A DNA stretch of 64,000 nucleotides from an uncultured delta proteobacterium (GTDB taxonomy: Bacteria; Myxococcota_A; Polyangia; Polyangiales; Polyangiaceae), in contig CAWAIF010000003.1 in the NCBI GenBank assembly GCA_963782055.1, positions 2,240,001 to 2,304,000 of the forward strand, given 5' to 3'. Within the stretch, counting starts at the first letter, position 1; each line of letters starts with the position of its first letter. Shown in pieces: positions 9,940-19,612 of this stretch. The notes beneath the pieces were generated by a model. The model had not been told where the DNA came from, did not search any database, and saw only the letters and a list, made by a program, of their open reading frames with translations. The translations under genes and the position numbers were made by a program.

Positions 9940-10715
9940 CCGCCTTCACGCTGGACATGGGCACCCGCCTGCGCGAGCTGTGCGCGGGCTTCAGGCTTCC
10001 GACCTTCGCGACCGAGGTGGTCCGTCGCCTCACCGACGCGGGTCACGAGGCCGCACTGCCGACCCTGCTCGAGGTCCTCGAGGCCGAGGCCGACGAGCGC
10101 GGACAGCGTCGTACCGGGCGGCTCCTCAAGGCCTCGCGCTTGCCCCCCGGCAAGACGCTCGACACACTCGACCGCGCCCGGCTCCCGCGCGCCGTCCTCG
10201 CGAAACTCGACGAGCTCGCCACCGGCGCCTTCCTCGACCGCGCGCACAACGTCCTCTGCTTCGGCCTGCCCGGACGCGGCAAGACTCACGCCGCAGCCGC
10301 GCTCGGCCACGCGCTCGCGGGGCGAGGCCACTCCGTCCTCTTCGCGCCCACCTTCCGCCTCGTGCAGGAGCTGCTCGCAGCCAAGCGCGACCTCGACCTG
10401 CCGCGTGCCCTGCGCCGCCTCGATGCCTTCGAGCTCTTGATCCTCGACGACATCGGCTACGTCCAGCAGAGCGCCGACGAGGTCGAGGTTCTCTTCACCT
10501 TGATGGCCGAGCGCTACGAGCGTCGCTCCATCCTCATCACGAGCAACCTCGTCTTCGGCGAGTGGGATCGGATCTTCAAGAATCCCATGACCACCGCCGC
10601 CGCCATCGATCGCCTCGTGCACCACTCGGCGATCCTGGAATTCTCAGGACGCAGCAAGCGTGCCGACGACGCCGAGTCCCGCTCGAAGAAGGGACCCTCC
10701 GAGGCGACCACGTGA
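9936..10715 (+). CDS. istB: IS21 helper ATPase
   Basis: Walker A GLPGRGKT, LLILDDIGY, AAIDRLVHH; ATGA overlap with istA. Confidence 0.95.
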   Translation: MTAFTLDMGTRLRELCAGFRLPTFATEVVRRLTDAGHEAALPTLLEVLEAEADERGQRRTGRLLKASRLPPGKTLDTLDRARLPRAVLAKLDELATGAFLDRAHNVLCFGLPGRGKTHAAAALGHALAGRGHSVLFAPTFRLVQELLAAKRDLDLPRALRRLDAFELLILDDIGYVQQSADEVEVLFTLMAERYERRSILITSNLVFGEWDRIFKNPMTTAAAIDRLVHHSAILEFSGRSKRADDAESRSKKGPSEATT

Positions 10716-11142
10716 CGGCAACTACCGAGGGCCAGCGACAACTACGCGACGACGACAACTACACGAGGCACGAACCATGAACCTGGCGACCACCTGCAAG
10801 AATAGTTGTCGCCACCATGCAGGGATAGTTGACGTCCATCACCCTGGTCGCAGCACTGGCTCGGGCACTGCCGGTCCGCCGGGCAGGTGGACCCGTCCGC
10901 CGAGGCGTCGGAGGCGTCCGCGGCGTCGTCCTGACCCGCGTCATCGACCGCGCCGTCCGGCCCGCCGCCGTCGGTCTGGGCGAGCGGCGCCGACGAGCAC
11001 GCGACGCCGACTCCCGTGACCACGATGAGAAACCCGAAGCGTGTGCGCATGCCATCCTCCTCCGCTGCGATCCCATGCCGCGGCGGTAACACGACATATC
11101 GCACCGTGTTTCACGAGGGTCAAGAGACCCGACTCTCACCGG

Positions 11143-11409
11143 GTGAGAGACACCAAGCGCGTCATGGCCGACATCGGCCGGCGGATCTGCGAGGAGCGGC
11201 ACGCGGCGGACTGCACGCAGGAGCAGCTGGCGGAGAAGCTGCGCGTCGATGCGCGCACGGTCCAGCGGCTTGAGCGCGGGGTGAACCTGACCCTGCCCCG
11301 GCTGATCCAGATCGCATCGGTGCTCCGCGTACCGATCGAGGCGTTCTTCCGACGGCCGGAGAGCAGGCGTGCTCCGGCACCGGGGCGGCCGCGGCGCACC
11401 GCCCGGTGA
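11143..11409 (+). CDS. XRE-family helix-turn-helix regulator
   Basis: TQEQLAEKLRVDARTVQRLERG-NLTL. The palindrome CTCTCACC-G-GGTGAGAG (11133-11149) overlaps the probable GTG start; alternative ATG at 11164. Confidence 0.85.
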   Translation: MRDTKRVMADIGRRICEERHAADCTQEQLAEKLRVDARTVQRLERGVNLTLPRLIQIASVLRVPIEAFFRRPESRRAPAPGRPRRTAR

Positions 11410-11485
11410 CTTGGCGGGCAAGGACCGCGATTGTCGTCGTCGTCAGGATTGCAGTCGGGGTCCGCATCGGCGATCATGCCGCCAC

Positions 11486-13033
11486 GTGACCACCGCATTG
11501 GCGCTGCTAAGGAGAGGTTACTTCCCGCGGGAGCTTCCTCCGCCCTTCACCACCGAGGGGTTCGCGGTGTTTGCGACCAACCCTGCCAATCGCGGGGCCC
11601 TGCCGGCACCCGGCAGGTGGAGTAGGTGTGTTCAACACAACCTCGCTCGGCCGGGCGGTCTCCGGCGTCCGCTCAAGATTCCAAATCCGAGGCATCACCT
11701 ACTTCTCGCAGAAGAGATCGAGGGTCAGTGGCCCGCCCTGCGCACGCACTTTCAACAGGCACGGCTGTCTGCCAGTAAGCCCATGGTCAGGCGAACGGTT
11801 GTGGATCGCGCGTTGGTTCCGCGTCTTTCGCTGCGCGCACTTACCCGACTCAGGGCGCGTCGTTTCGTCGGAGCCCGGTACTTTCTCCGGACGGACATCA
11901 ACCAGTTTTATCCATCGCTGTATACCCACAGCATTCCGTGGGCTCTGCATGGCAAGGCCTATGCGAAGGCACACATCAACCAGACACCTGGTGACGCCAT
12001 CGATCGTGCACTTCGTAACCAGCAGGACGGTCAGACGGTCGGGATTCCCATCGGCCCCGACTGCTCCCTGGTGGTTGCGGAAGTGGTGCTGACGGCGGTC
12101 GATGCGGCCCTTGCGCCGCGAGGACTTCGAGGCTTTCGGCATGTCGACAACTATGAGTTCGGCTTTCCAACGCTCGCGGACGCCGAGGCGGCCCTGACCG
12201 ACCTTCAGGGCCTTCTGGCGCAGTACGAGCTGAGTCTCAACCCGCGAAAGACGAGGATCGTCGAAGGTCCTATTCCCTTCGATGAGCAGTGGGCAATCGA
12301 GCTCGGCCACTTTCCGGTTCGCCGTGGGACGCCAACGCAGGAGCTCAACGACGCTGCGGCGTTCTTCAGTCGCGCGTTCCAGCTGGCGAAGGAGCATCCG
12401 CAGCAGGCTGTCTTGCGATTTGCGCTAATTGCGGCACAGCGCTGGATGTTCTTACATGACGGATGGTGGACATTCCAGGGGCTGTTGTTCAATGCGATGA
12501 CCGCGGATCCCGCGACGATCCCCGTTGCGGTCGTGCTATTGGAGCGCCACGTGGTGGCAGGACGCGTCGTGAACAGGACGCCCGCTCGTACGACCATCGA
12601 GTCCACAATCGCGCGACACGCGCCGCTCGGACACGGGAGCGAGGTCGCGTGGGCCCTTTGGATGGCGATACAGTTCGACATTGACCTATCGGCAGACACG
12701 GCGACGGTCGTCTCACAAATGGAGGACGACATCGTGGCGCTTCTCGCGCTGGACGCCAGTGTGCGCGGCAGATTTTCGCCCGGCGCGCTTGACACTGCGG
12801 CATGGGCTGCGCTCGCAGCGCTACCGAACGCGCTCGAAGACGAACACTGGCTGCTGGCATACGAGGCGAATCGCAAGGGGTGGTTGCAATGCGCTGCGGT
12901 AGCCACAGACGGGTTCTTCAGCCAGCTGGAGCAGCACCGCATCAGCTTCTACGACCCCGCCCGCCGTCTCACGAGCTTCACGGGGCCCGCAGCGGCGGTC
13001 CCAGGTGGCGGCTTGGGGCCGGGTTACGCGTGA
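11486..13033 (+). CDS. UG/Abi (DRT-like) reverse transcriptase with helical C-terminal region; motif C reads HVDN
   Basis: GYFPRELPPPF, IPNP, TDINQFYPSLYTHSIPWA, QTVGIPIGP and FRHVDNY motifs; visibly less GC3-biased than neighbours. Start uncertain (GTG 11486). Confidence 0.88.
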   Translation: MTTALALLRRGYFPRELPPPFTTEGFAVFATNPANRGALPAPGRWSRCVQHNLARPGGLRRPLKIPNPRHHLLLAEEIEGQWPALRTHFQQARLSASKPMVRRTVVDRALVPRLSLRALTRLRARRFVGARYFLRTDINQFYPSLYTHSIPWALHGKAYAKAHINQTPGDAIDRALRNQQDGQTVGIPIGPDCSLVVAEVVLTAVDAALAPRGLRGFRHVDNYEFGFPTLADAEAALTDLQGLLAQYELSLNPRKTRIVEGPIPFDEQWAIELGHFPVRRGTPTQELNDAAAFFSRAFQLAKEHPQQAVLRFALIAAQRWMFLHDGWWTFQGLLFNAMTADPATIPVAVVLLERHVVAGRVVNRTPARTTIESTIARHAPLGHGSEVAWALWMAIQFDIDLSADTATVVSQMEDDIVALLALDASVRGRFSPGALDTAAWAALAALPNALEDEHWLLAYEANRKGWLQCAAVATDGFFSQLEQHRISFYDPARRLTSFTGPAAAVPGGGLGPGYA

Positions 13034-13079
13034 TCGGGCTCATGCATGCTCGGCACCGGAGGGCTGGGTTGTCGTCGCG

Positions 13080-16000
13080 ATGACCCCCTCCACCCGCTCC
13101 GTGCTCGGCACGCTCAGCAAGCTCCGGCTCGCCGAGCTCGCCCGCGCGCTCTCCGTGCCGCTCGGGCCGTCCGATACGCGCGATCGCCAGCTGGAGGCGC
13201 TCCTCCGTCACGGGATCCACCTGACCGACGTGCTCCCCCGCCTCGGGCGCGACGAGCTTCGCGAGGCGTGCGCCGCGCACGACCTGCCCACCGACGTGCG
13301 CGCCCGCGCCGAGCTCGCCCGCCGGCTGCTCGAGGCGTACGCGCCCGGCCAGAGCTCTCCGCCGCTCCCCGGAGAAGGCCCCGCGGAGCCGGCGCGCCTC
13401 GCGCGCGGCGCCGTCGTGCTCGCCCGGCATCGCCGCTGGCTCGTCACCGACGTCGAGCCGGGCGCCGACCATGACGACATGACCCGCGTGTCCCTGGTGT
13501 GCCTGGACGACGACGCGCAGGGCCGCACCGCGGAGGTGCTCTGGGAGCTGGAGCTCGGCGCGCGCGTCCTCGCCCCGGAGGCGTCAGGCCTGGGCGCGCC
13601 CTCCCGACTCGACGATCCGGAGGCGCTCGCCGCGTACCTGCACGCGCTCGCCTGGAACACCGTGACCGCGACGGACGGCCGCCTCTTCCAGTCACCCTTC
13701 CGCGCGGGGATCCACCTGAAGGACTACCAGCTCGCGCCGCTCATGAAGGCGCTGGAGTTGCCGCGCGCCAACCTCTTCATCGCCGACGACGTCGGCCTGG
13801 GCAAGACCATCGAGGCGGGGCTGATCATCCAGGAGCTGCTGCTCCGCCAGCGCATCGACTTCGTGCTGGTCGTGTGTCCCGCCGCGGTGACCACGCAGTG
13901 GAAGGCGGAGATGGAAGCGCGCTTTGGCCTCCGCTTCGAGATCTACGATCGCGGCTTCGTCGCGCGCCGGCGGCAGGAGCGCGGCTTCGGCGTCAACCCG
14001 TGGGCCACGCACTCGCGCTTCATCGTCTCCTACCAGACCTTCCGGCGGCCGGAGCATCGCGAGGCGCTCCGCGCGCTCTTCCCCGGGGACGGGCGGCGCC
14101 TGCGCTCCATGCTGCTGCTCGACGAGGCGCACACCGTCGCGCCCGCCTCCGGCTCCCGCTGGCCCGCCGACTCCGAGATCACCCGCGCTGTGCGCGATCT
14201 GGCGCCGCGCTTCGAGCACCGCCTCTTCCTCTCCGCCACCCCGCACAACGGCCACTCCAACAGCTTCGCCGCGCTCCTCGAGCTGCTCGATCCGCAGCGG
14301 TTCCTGCGCGGAGAGCGGGTGACCGATCCGGCGCGCCTCGTGCCCGTGATGGTGCGGCGGCTCAAGACCGATCTGCCCAAGGGCGACTTCCCCACGCGCA
14401 CCGTGCAGCCCATCGGCGTGGCGGGGACGTTCGAGGAGCAGCTCGCCATGCTCCTCGCCGAGTACACCGCGCTCGCCGCGCCGTCGAAGGCCAGGGGCCG
14501 CCTCGCCTTCGTCACCCTGCAAAAGCGACTGCTCTCCAGCGTCTACGCGTTTGCCAGGACGCTGGAGAAGCACGCCGAGCACCGGGCCGCCGGCGCGGGC
14601 GGCGTCGCGCCGGCAGGCGCCTCGACAGAAGACGACGAGGACGCGCCGGCGGAGGCAGCGGACGCCCGCGAAGAAGCCGACGTCGCGCACGAATCGGCGA
14701 GCCTGGCCGCGCCCACCGGCCACGTCGCCGAGCTGCTCGCGCGCATGCTCGATCTCGCGAGCGCCCACCGCCTGGATCCCGACGCGAAGGTACGCGCGCT
14801 GGTCGCCTGGATGCAGAGGAACCAGTGCCCTGGCGTCGCGCTCGGCGGCGGCTCGCGCGCGAGGTGGACCGACGAGCGGCTCCTCATCTTCACCGAGTAC
14901 GGCCACACCAAGGACTACCTCCTCAAGCTGCTGCGCACCGCCGTGGCCGGCACCGACCGCGACGACGAGCGCATCGGCGTCTTCGACGGCGGCATGAGCG
15001 ACGACGACCGCCGCGCGGTGAGCGCCGCCTTCACCGGCAATCCCGCCGCGTACCCGCTGCGCGTGCTCGTGGCGACCGACGCCGCGCGCGAGGGCGTCAA
15101 CCTGCAGGGCAAGTGCCGGATGCTGGTGCACTTCGACGTGCCCTGGAACCCCGCGCGCATGGAGCAGCGCAACGGCCGCATCGACCGCATGAAGGGCGCG
15201 AAGGAGGTGACGTGCGCCTACTTCGTCTACGCCAACCGCCGCGAGGACAAGGTCCTTCACACCCTGGTGGAGAAGACGGAGCGCATCCGCACCGAGCTCG
15301 GCTCCCTCGGCGCCGTGGTCGCGACGCGCATGGCGGAGCGCCTCCAGAAGGAAGGCATCACCGACAAGACGGGCGCCGCGCTGGAGGAGGACGAGGCGCA
15401 GGAGCAGCTCTTCGCCGCGCCCGTCGCCAACGAGCTCGAGCGCGTGCGCAAGGGACGCGACGTGCAGCTGGAGATCGCCGAGGCGCGCAAGCGGCTGGAC
15501 GAGTCGCGACGTCGCCTGCTGGTGCGCCCGGAGCTGCTGCGCGAGGTCGTCGACGTGGGCCTGCGCCTCGCGGGCGCGGAGCCCCTCGCGCGCGCGCCGT
15601 CGCCCAAGGAGGAGCCGGAGCTCGCGTGCTTCACCGTCCCGCCCATGCCGCCGGCGTGGGAGGCGACGCTCGACACGCTCCGTCCGCCGCGGGAGAAGGA
15701 CGAGGCGCCGTGGGAGTGGCGCAAGCGCCCGCTGCTGCGCGTGACCTTCACCCCGCCGGAGGAGCTGGCCACCCCCGTCGTGCACCTGCACCTCTCCCAT
15801 CCCTTCGTGGAGCGCCTCCTCGGTCGCTTCCGCGCGCAGGGCTTCTCCGCGCACGATCTCTCCCGCGTCACCGTGCTCCGCGATCCGTACGCCAGCCGCG
15901 TGCGCGTGGTGGGCATCGGGCGCCTCTCCCTGTTCGGCGCGTCGGCGGCGCGCCTGCACGAGGAGCTGGTGCGCGTCGCCGGCGTGTGGAACGAGGCGAC

Positions 16001-16502
16001 CGACGCGGTGGAGGTCTTCGCCCCCGACTCGCGCGACGAGCAGGAGGCGCTCGCCGATCTGGACAAGATCCTCGCCGAGCCCCGCGCGCCGCGGCACGTG
16101 GAGGCCTCGCGCGTGCTGCGCGCCGCGCCCGCGCTCTTCGGCAGCCTGTGGCGGGAGATCGCCAAGGACGCCGACGCCCAGGGCCAGCGCGCGCGGGAGC
16201 TCCTCCGCCGGCGCGGCGAGGACGAGGCGGCGGCGCTGCGGGCGATCCTCGCGCGGCAGCTCGATCACGCGACCGAGCTGCTCGAGGGGCAGCAGCTCAC
16301 CCTCGGCTTCGACGAGAAGGCGCTCAGCCCGTACGAGAAGGCGCAGCTCGATCGCGACCGGGAGTGGCTCCGGAGGAGGCGGGAGGCGATCCGGGCGGAG
16401 CGGGAGACGGAGCCCGCGGCGATCGAGGGGAGCTACCGGGTGGAGCTGGAGAGGAGCGAGCCGGTGGCCCTGGTGGTGATGTGGCCGGAGACGGCGGGGT
16501 AG
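13080..16502 (+). CDS. drmD: DISARM DrmD-like SNF2 helicase
   Basis: FQSPFRAGI...YQL, IADDVGLGKTIEAG, LDEAH, LSATPHNG, ATDAAREGVNLQ and QRNGRIDR motifs. Confidence 0.85.
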   Translation: MTPSTRSVLGTLSKLRLAELARALSVPLGPSDTRDRQLEALLRHGIHLTDVLPRLGRDELREACAAHDLPTDVRARAELARRLLEAYAPGQSSPPLPGEGPAEPARLARGAVVLARHRRWLVTDVEPGADHDDMTRVSLVCLDDDAQGRTAEVLWELELGARVLAPEASGLGAPSRLDDPEALAAYLHALAWNTVTATDGRLFQSPFRAGIHLKDYQLAPLMKALELPRANLFIADDVGLGKTIEAGLIIQELLLRQRIDFVLVVCPAAVTTQWKAEMEARFGLRFEIYDRGFVARRRQERGFGVNPWATHSRFIVSYQTFRRPEHREALRALFPGDGRRLRSMLLLDEAHTVAPASGSRWPADSEITRAVRDLAPRFEHRLFLSATPHNGHSNSFAALLELLDPQRFLRGERVTDPARLVPVMVRRLKTDLPKGDFPTRTVQPIGVAGTFEEQLAMLLAEYTALAAPSKARGRLAFVTLQKRLLSSVYAFARTLEKHAEHRAAGAGGVAPAGASTEDDEDAPAEAADAREEADVAHESASLAAPTGHVAELLARMLDLASAHRLDPDAKVRALVAWMQRNQCPGVALGGGSRARWTDERLLIFTEYGHTKDYLLKLLRTAVAGTDRDDERIGVFDGGMSDDDRRAVSAAFTGNPAAYPLRVLVATDAAREGVNLQGKCRMLVHFDVPWNPARMEQRNGRIDRMKGAKEVTCAYFVYANRREDKVLHTLVEKTERIRTELGSLGAVVATRMAERLQKEGITDKTGAALEEDEAQEQLFAAPVANELERVRKGRDVQLEIAEARKRLDESRRRLLVRPELLREVVDVGLRLAGAEPLARAPSPKEEPELACFTVPPMPPAWEATLDTLRPPREKDEAPWEWRKRPLLRVTFTPPEELATPVVHLHLSHPFVERLLGRFRAQGFSAHDLSRVTVLRDPYASRVRVVGIGRLSLFGASAARLHEELVRVAGVWNEATDAVEVFAPDSRDEQEALADLDKILAEPRAPRHVEASRVLRAAPALFGSLWREIAKDADAQGQRARELLRRRGEDEAAALRAILARQLDHATELLEGQQLTLGFDEKALSPYEKAQLDRDREWLRRRREAIRAERETEPAAIEGSYRVELERSEPVALVVMWPETAG

Positions 16503-16964
16503 CTAGAGCCCCCTCGACTCTGCGGCGCGCAGCGCCGCGGCCGTCAGTCACAAAACGCACAGCCCCGACACCGCGTCCGGCGCCGGGGCCCATGCCCATT
16601 AAAATTTGCTCGCCGTGGTACTTGCCGTTTTGCGTTTCGTTGCTTTGGCTTGATAAATGGCGTTGCGGATGTGTTCGGGTGTGCGTCCTGAGGGTTGGAG
16701 TGCAGCGGGCCCCCCGCTGCCTAACAACGCAGTCAAGGCCTCAAGCATGGCAGCATCCGCCGCGCCGCGCAAGGGGAGATTCTGCCCGAAAAGCGGGGCC
16801 CTCTCCCGCCGGGCTGTTCGGTACGACGAAACGCTTCGGGGCACCACTGACGACGCGGCACTGATCAGCACCCAGGGCGGCAAATTGTGCCCTCGACCTT
16901 CAACCCACGGCTCGCAAGGGCGGCCAACCAACCGGTCGTCCTTCTGCCACGTCCCGCAGCGCAC

Positions 16965-19243
16965 CAGAGTTCGGCATGGCCTCTCACCCGATCTGGGCTC
17001 GAAGCCTGAGCCGGCGGCGTCTTGAATCGCCGGGCAGGGTGAGCTTCTGGCGGTTGATGGCGGCGAGCAGCTCGCCAAAGGCGGCGTGCTCCAGCGCAGT
17101 GCCGGCGGGCGCCAGGTCGACGGCGATGGTGCGTAGTCCGACGCGTACTCGGCCAGGCGCGGCAAGCAGGTTGGCCAGCGTCTTCTTCGCCTCCGTCGGG
17201 CGGGGCAGGCGCGAGCCCAGCAACGCAGCGAGGTCAGCCTCGGCGTTCGCGCACGCGATTCTCAGCGTGTCGAGCACGGTCTTGCTCCCGCTCTCGTGAC
17301 GTCGGAGCTTTCCGGCGAGCTCGGTGTCGCACAGCGGCGCGTGCTTGGGCGTCGTCGGCCGCTGCTCTTCGAGCTGGCGCTGCAACGCGATGGCATCCTC
17401 GAGGTCGCGCTCGATTCGCGCCCGTCGCCGGTCCTCGTCGGGGAGCTGCGCGAGCAACCGCCGCGCGTCGCCCTCGCGGATGCATGCGACGCGCATCGCG
17501 CGATCGAGTCGGCGCCGCGCCGGGTTGGGCACGATCGTGTCAGGGAGGTACGCGATGGTCTCGCGCCGGTCGAGCTGGTTGATGCCCCAGCGCTCCACCC
17601 CGTGCTTGAAGCCGTTCTCCTGCCGCCAGCGACCACGCATGATCTCGATGAGGCGCGTGGCGTCGCAGGTGGAGACGGCGAGCAGATTGACCTGGCGGCC
17701 GTCGGCCTCCCGCACCGCGATGCGACGCACACGGCCACGTCCGGCGCCCAGGTTGATCTGCGACTCGACGTAGCGCACGTCGTCGTCCTCGCCGACGTGT
17801 GCGCTCTCGGTGAAGGCGGACTCGGCCAGCTTGGGGAAGGGACGTCGCTCGTAGGTCACCAGCTCGAAGCCCGCGTCGCGCAGCCGCGCCATCGACTCCG
17901 CGAAGGAGCCCGCGCGATCGAACGCGAGCAGCACGCGCTCGCCGTCGCCCACCACACGACGAAGTACTCGTGCGATCGGCGCGAGCCACTGCGTGAGCGA
18001 GTCGTGGGATGCGACGTCGACGCGGAAGAGCGGCCGGCCGTCCTCATCGTGCACGTAGTAGTCCGTGATTCCGGGGCAGACACGCTTGTCCTGCATGCGC
18101 CAGCCTCGCCGGATGACCTGCTTGCCCGTGTACGGCCGGAGGTGGTTGTCGACGTAGTAGACGCCGCGCTCTGCGGCGCGCGGCGCGCGCAGGTACCGAC
18201 CGAGCATGGCGACGTGAAACCGCACGGCGCCGAGCTGCTCGGCGAATCTCGCCATCGTCCGGCGCACGCTCCGCGGCGACGGGCACGCGGTGGCCCGCAG
18301 CAACACGGCCGACGTCGGCGTCGCAATCCGTCGTACGCCTTCGACGCAGCGCTGCCCGAGCGTGAGTGAGATGGCCGCCGCATCGAGCGCGACGCGCGTC
18401 GTGTGACCTTCCATTCGCCCCGCAGTTGCGCGCGCCGCCGCGTCGTAGAGCCCGAGCTTCGCCAGCGTCGCGAGCATCAGCCACGTGCCCGCGTGCTGCA
18501 CGTACGCGCTGCTCCGCACGACCTCGTCTGCGACCGGCTCCGGCGGCGGCGGCTTGGGTCGCACGGCCATGCGCTTGATGCCCGGCAGCGGCAGCGTCTG
18601 CTCCCGCTCCGCCGCCGCCTCGTCAGCCGCACGCTTCGCACGCTCCGCTTCGCGCTTCTTGCTCCACGCCGTGTGCACGTGCCCGACGGTGCTGTAGCCG
18701 AGACCGCGGACCTTCTTGTGCGCCGCCTCGATCGTCAGCCCGGCGTCGAAGAGCGCCTCGAGCGCCGCGCGCTTCTTGGGCGTCACCTTCGGCGGCCGAC
18801 CGTTGCGCGCCGGCGTCACGAGCGCCGCCATCCCCTCCCGCTCGTACTTGCGCCGAAGCTCCCGCATCCGCTCGCTCGAGATGCCGAACGCCTTCGCCAT
18901 CCTCCCGAGATGCGTCCTCGGCTCTGCCGCGAGCGTCACAATCAGCACGTTGCGGCTCGTCACGTCATCGCTCGTGAACATCCCGACGAGCACCCCGCCC
19001 ACGAACACCTCACGACGGTCGCCGTGGTCCACCACGCACGCCCTGTCGGAGAACCACCGGATGTGGCCCTGCTGGCCATCGTCGGGTAGTGTCTTCTGCC
19101 CCATCGCCTCCGTCTTCATCGCCTCTGTCAGACGGCGAAGCCAGACGAAAATTCACCGCCCCTTCACAGAGAAGCCGGAACCCTCCAAGTCGCGGAAATC
19201 AGCCGCCACGGGCGATCATGCAGTCAGGTCGTGCCGAACTCTG
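16965..19243 (-). mobile_element. Insertion sequence of uncertain family
   Basis: Terminal IRs CAGAGTTCGGCATGGCCT and AGGTCGTGCCGAACTCTG, each flanked by GCAC (16961-16964 and 19244-19247). Confidence 0.85.
16984..19119 (-). CDS. Putative DDE transposase with N-terminal HTH
   Basis: YYVDNH.RPYTG, AFDRAG and RWRQENGFK motifs; fills the space between the IRs. Confidence 0.85.
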   Translation of the reverse strand: MKTEAMGQKTLPDDGQQGHIRWFSDRACVVDHGDRREVFVGGVLVGMFTSDDVTSRNVLIVTLAAEPRTHLGRMAKAFGISSERMRELRRKYEREGMAALVTPARNGRPPKVTPKKRAALEALFDAGLTIEAAHKKVRGLGYSTVGHVHTAWSKKREAERAKRAADEAAAEREQTLPLPGIKRMAVRPKPPPPEPVADEVVRSSAYVQHAGTWLMLATLAKLGLYDAAARATAGRMEGHTTRVALDAAAISLTLGQRCVEGVRRIATPTSAVLLRATACPSPRSVRRTMARFAEQLGAVRFHVAMLGRYLRAPRAAERGVYYVDNHLRPYTGKQVIRRGWRMQDKRVCPGITDYYVHDEDGRPLFRVDVASHDSLTQWLAPIARVLRRVVGDGERVLLAFDRAGSFAESMARLRDAGFELVTYERRPFPKLAESAFTESAHVGEDDDVRYVESQINLGAGRGRVRRIAVREADGRQVNLLAVSTCDATRLIEIMRGRWRQENGFKHGVERWGINQLDRRETIAYLPDTIVPNPARRRLDRAMRVACIREGDARRLLAQLPDEDRRRARIERDLEDAIALQRQLEEQRPTTPKHAPLCDTELAGKLRRHESGSKTVLDTLRIACANAEADLAALLGSRLPRPTEAKKTLANLLAAPGRVRVGLRTIAVDLAPAGTALEHAAFGELLAAINRQKLTLPGDSRRRRLRLRAQIG

Positions 19244-19612
19244 GCACTCCGGGCACACCGGCACCGCCTCCCGCGCGAAGAGCGCGGCGAGGTACGGCTC
19301 GAGGTCGGCCATGGTGGCGAGGGTGGAGCGGCTGGACTTGATGGGCGCGCGGCGGTCCACCGCGACCGTGGCGGCGACCGGCTCGAGCGAGTCGATGGGC
19401 GGTCGCTCCAGGCGCTCCAGGAACTGCCGCGCGTACGGGGAGAAGCTCTCGACGAAGCGCCGCTGCCCCTCGGCGTAGAGCGTGTCCATCGCGAGCGACG
19501 ACTTGCCCGCGCCGCTCGGCCCGGTGACGGCGACGAGCTCGCCGGCCCGGAGGTCCAGGTCGACGGAGCGGAGGTTGTGCGTGCGGGCGCCGCGGAGGCG
19601 GATGGGGTGCAT
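19244..19612 (-). pseudogene. uvrA: uvrA 5' fragment (copy 1, about 123 codons)
   Basis: [14 protein letters not shown]...[36 protein letters not shown]...CPEC, cut off at the IS end. Confidence 0.9.

Larger units (their letters stand above)
8327..10841 (+). mobile_element. IS21-family insertion sequence
   Basis: TGATG...CATCA ends with repeated CAACTATTCCTGCAGG-like internal motifs; 6-bp TSD CCCTGG (8321-8326 and 10842-10847); istA-istB. Confidence 0.95.
7873..11050 (-). pseudogene. Cys-rich lipoprotein gene interrupted by IS21
   Basis: 5' part 11050-10842 (MRTRFGFLIVVTGVGVAC...CCDQG) and 3' part 8326-7873 (SICVDTGIQKEC...) rejoin in frame when the IS and one CCCTGG copy are removed. Confidence 0.9.

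Noticed and set aside
11410..13033. Classical retron
   Set aside because: No VTG motif in RT region 7 and no QGA motif; the upstream spacer is only 76 nt. Motifs fit the UG/Abi group better.
13499..16864. Long overlapping or antisense ORFs (e.g. 13499-16864, 13692-16268, 1086-3050, 46700-49099, 50713-52977)
   Set aside because: Arg/Ala/Pro-rich shadow frames expected at this GC content; they overlap genes with clear motifs.
16599..16960. Gene between drmD and the IS
   Set aside because: No recognisable motif or clear start; not drmMI-like.
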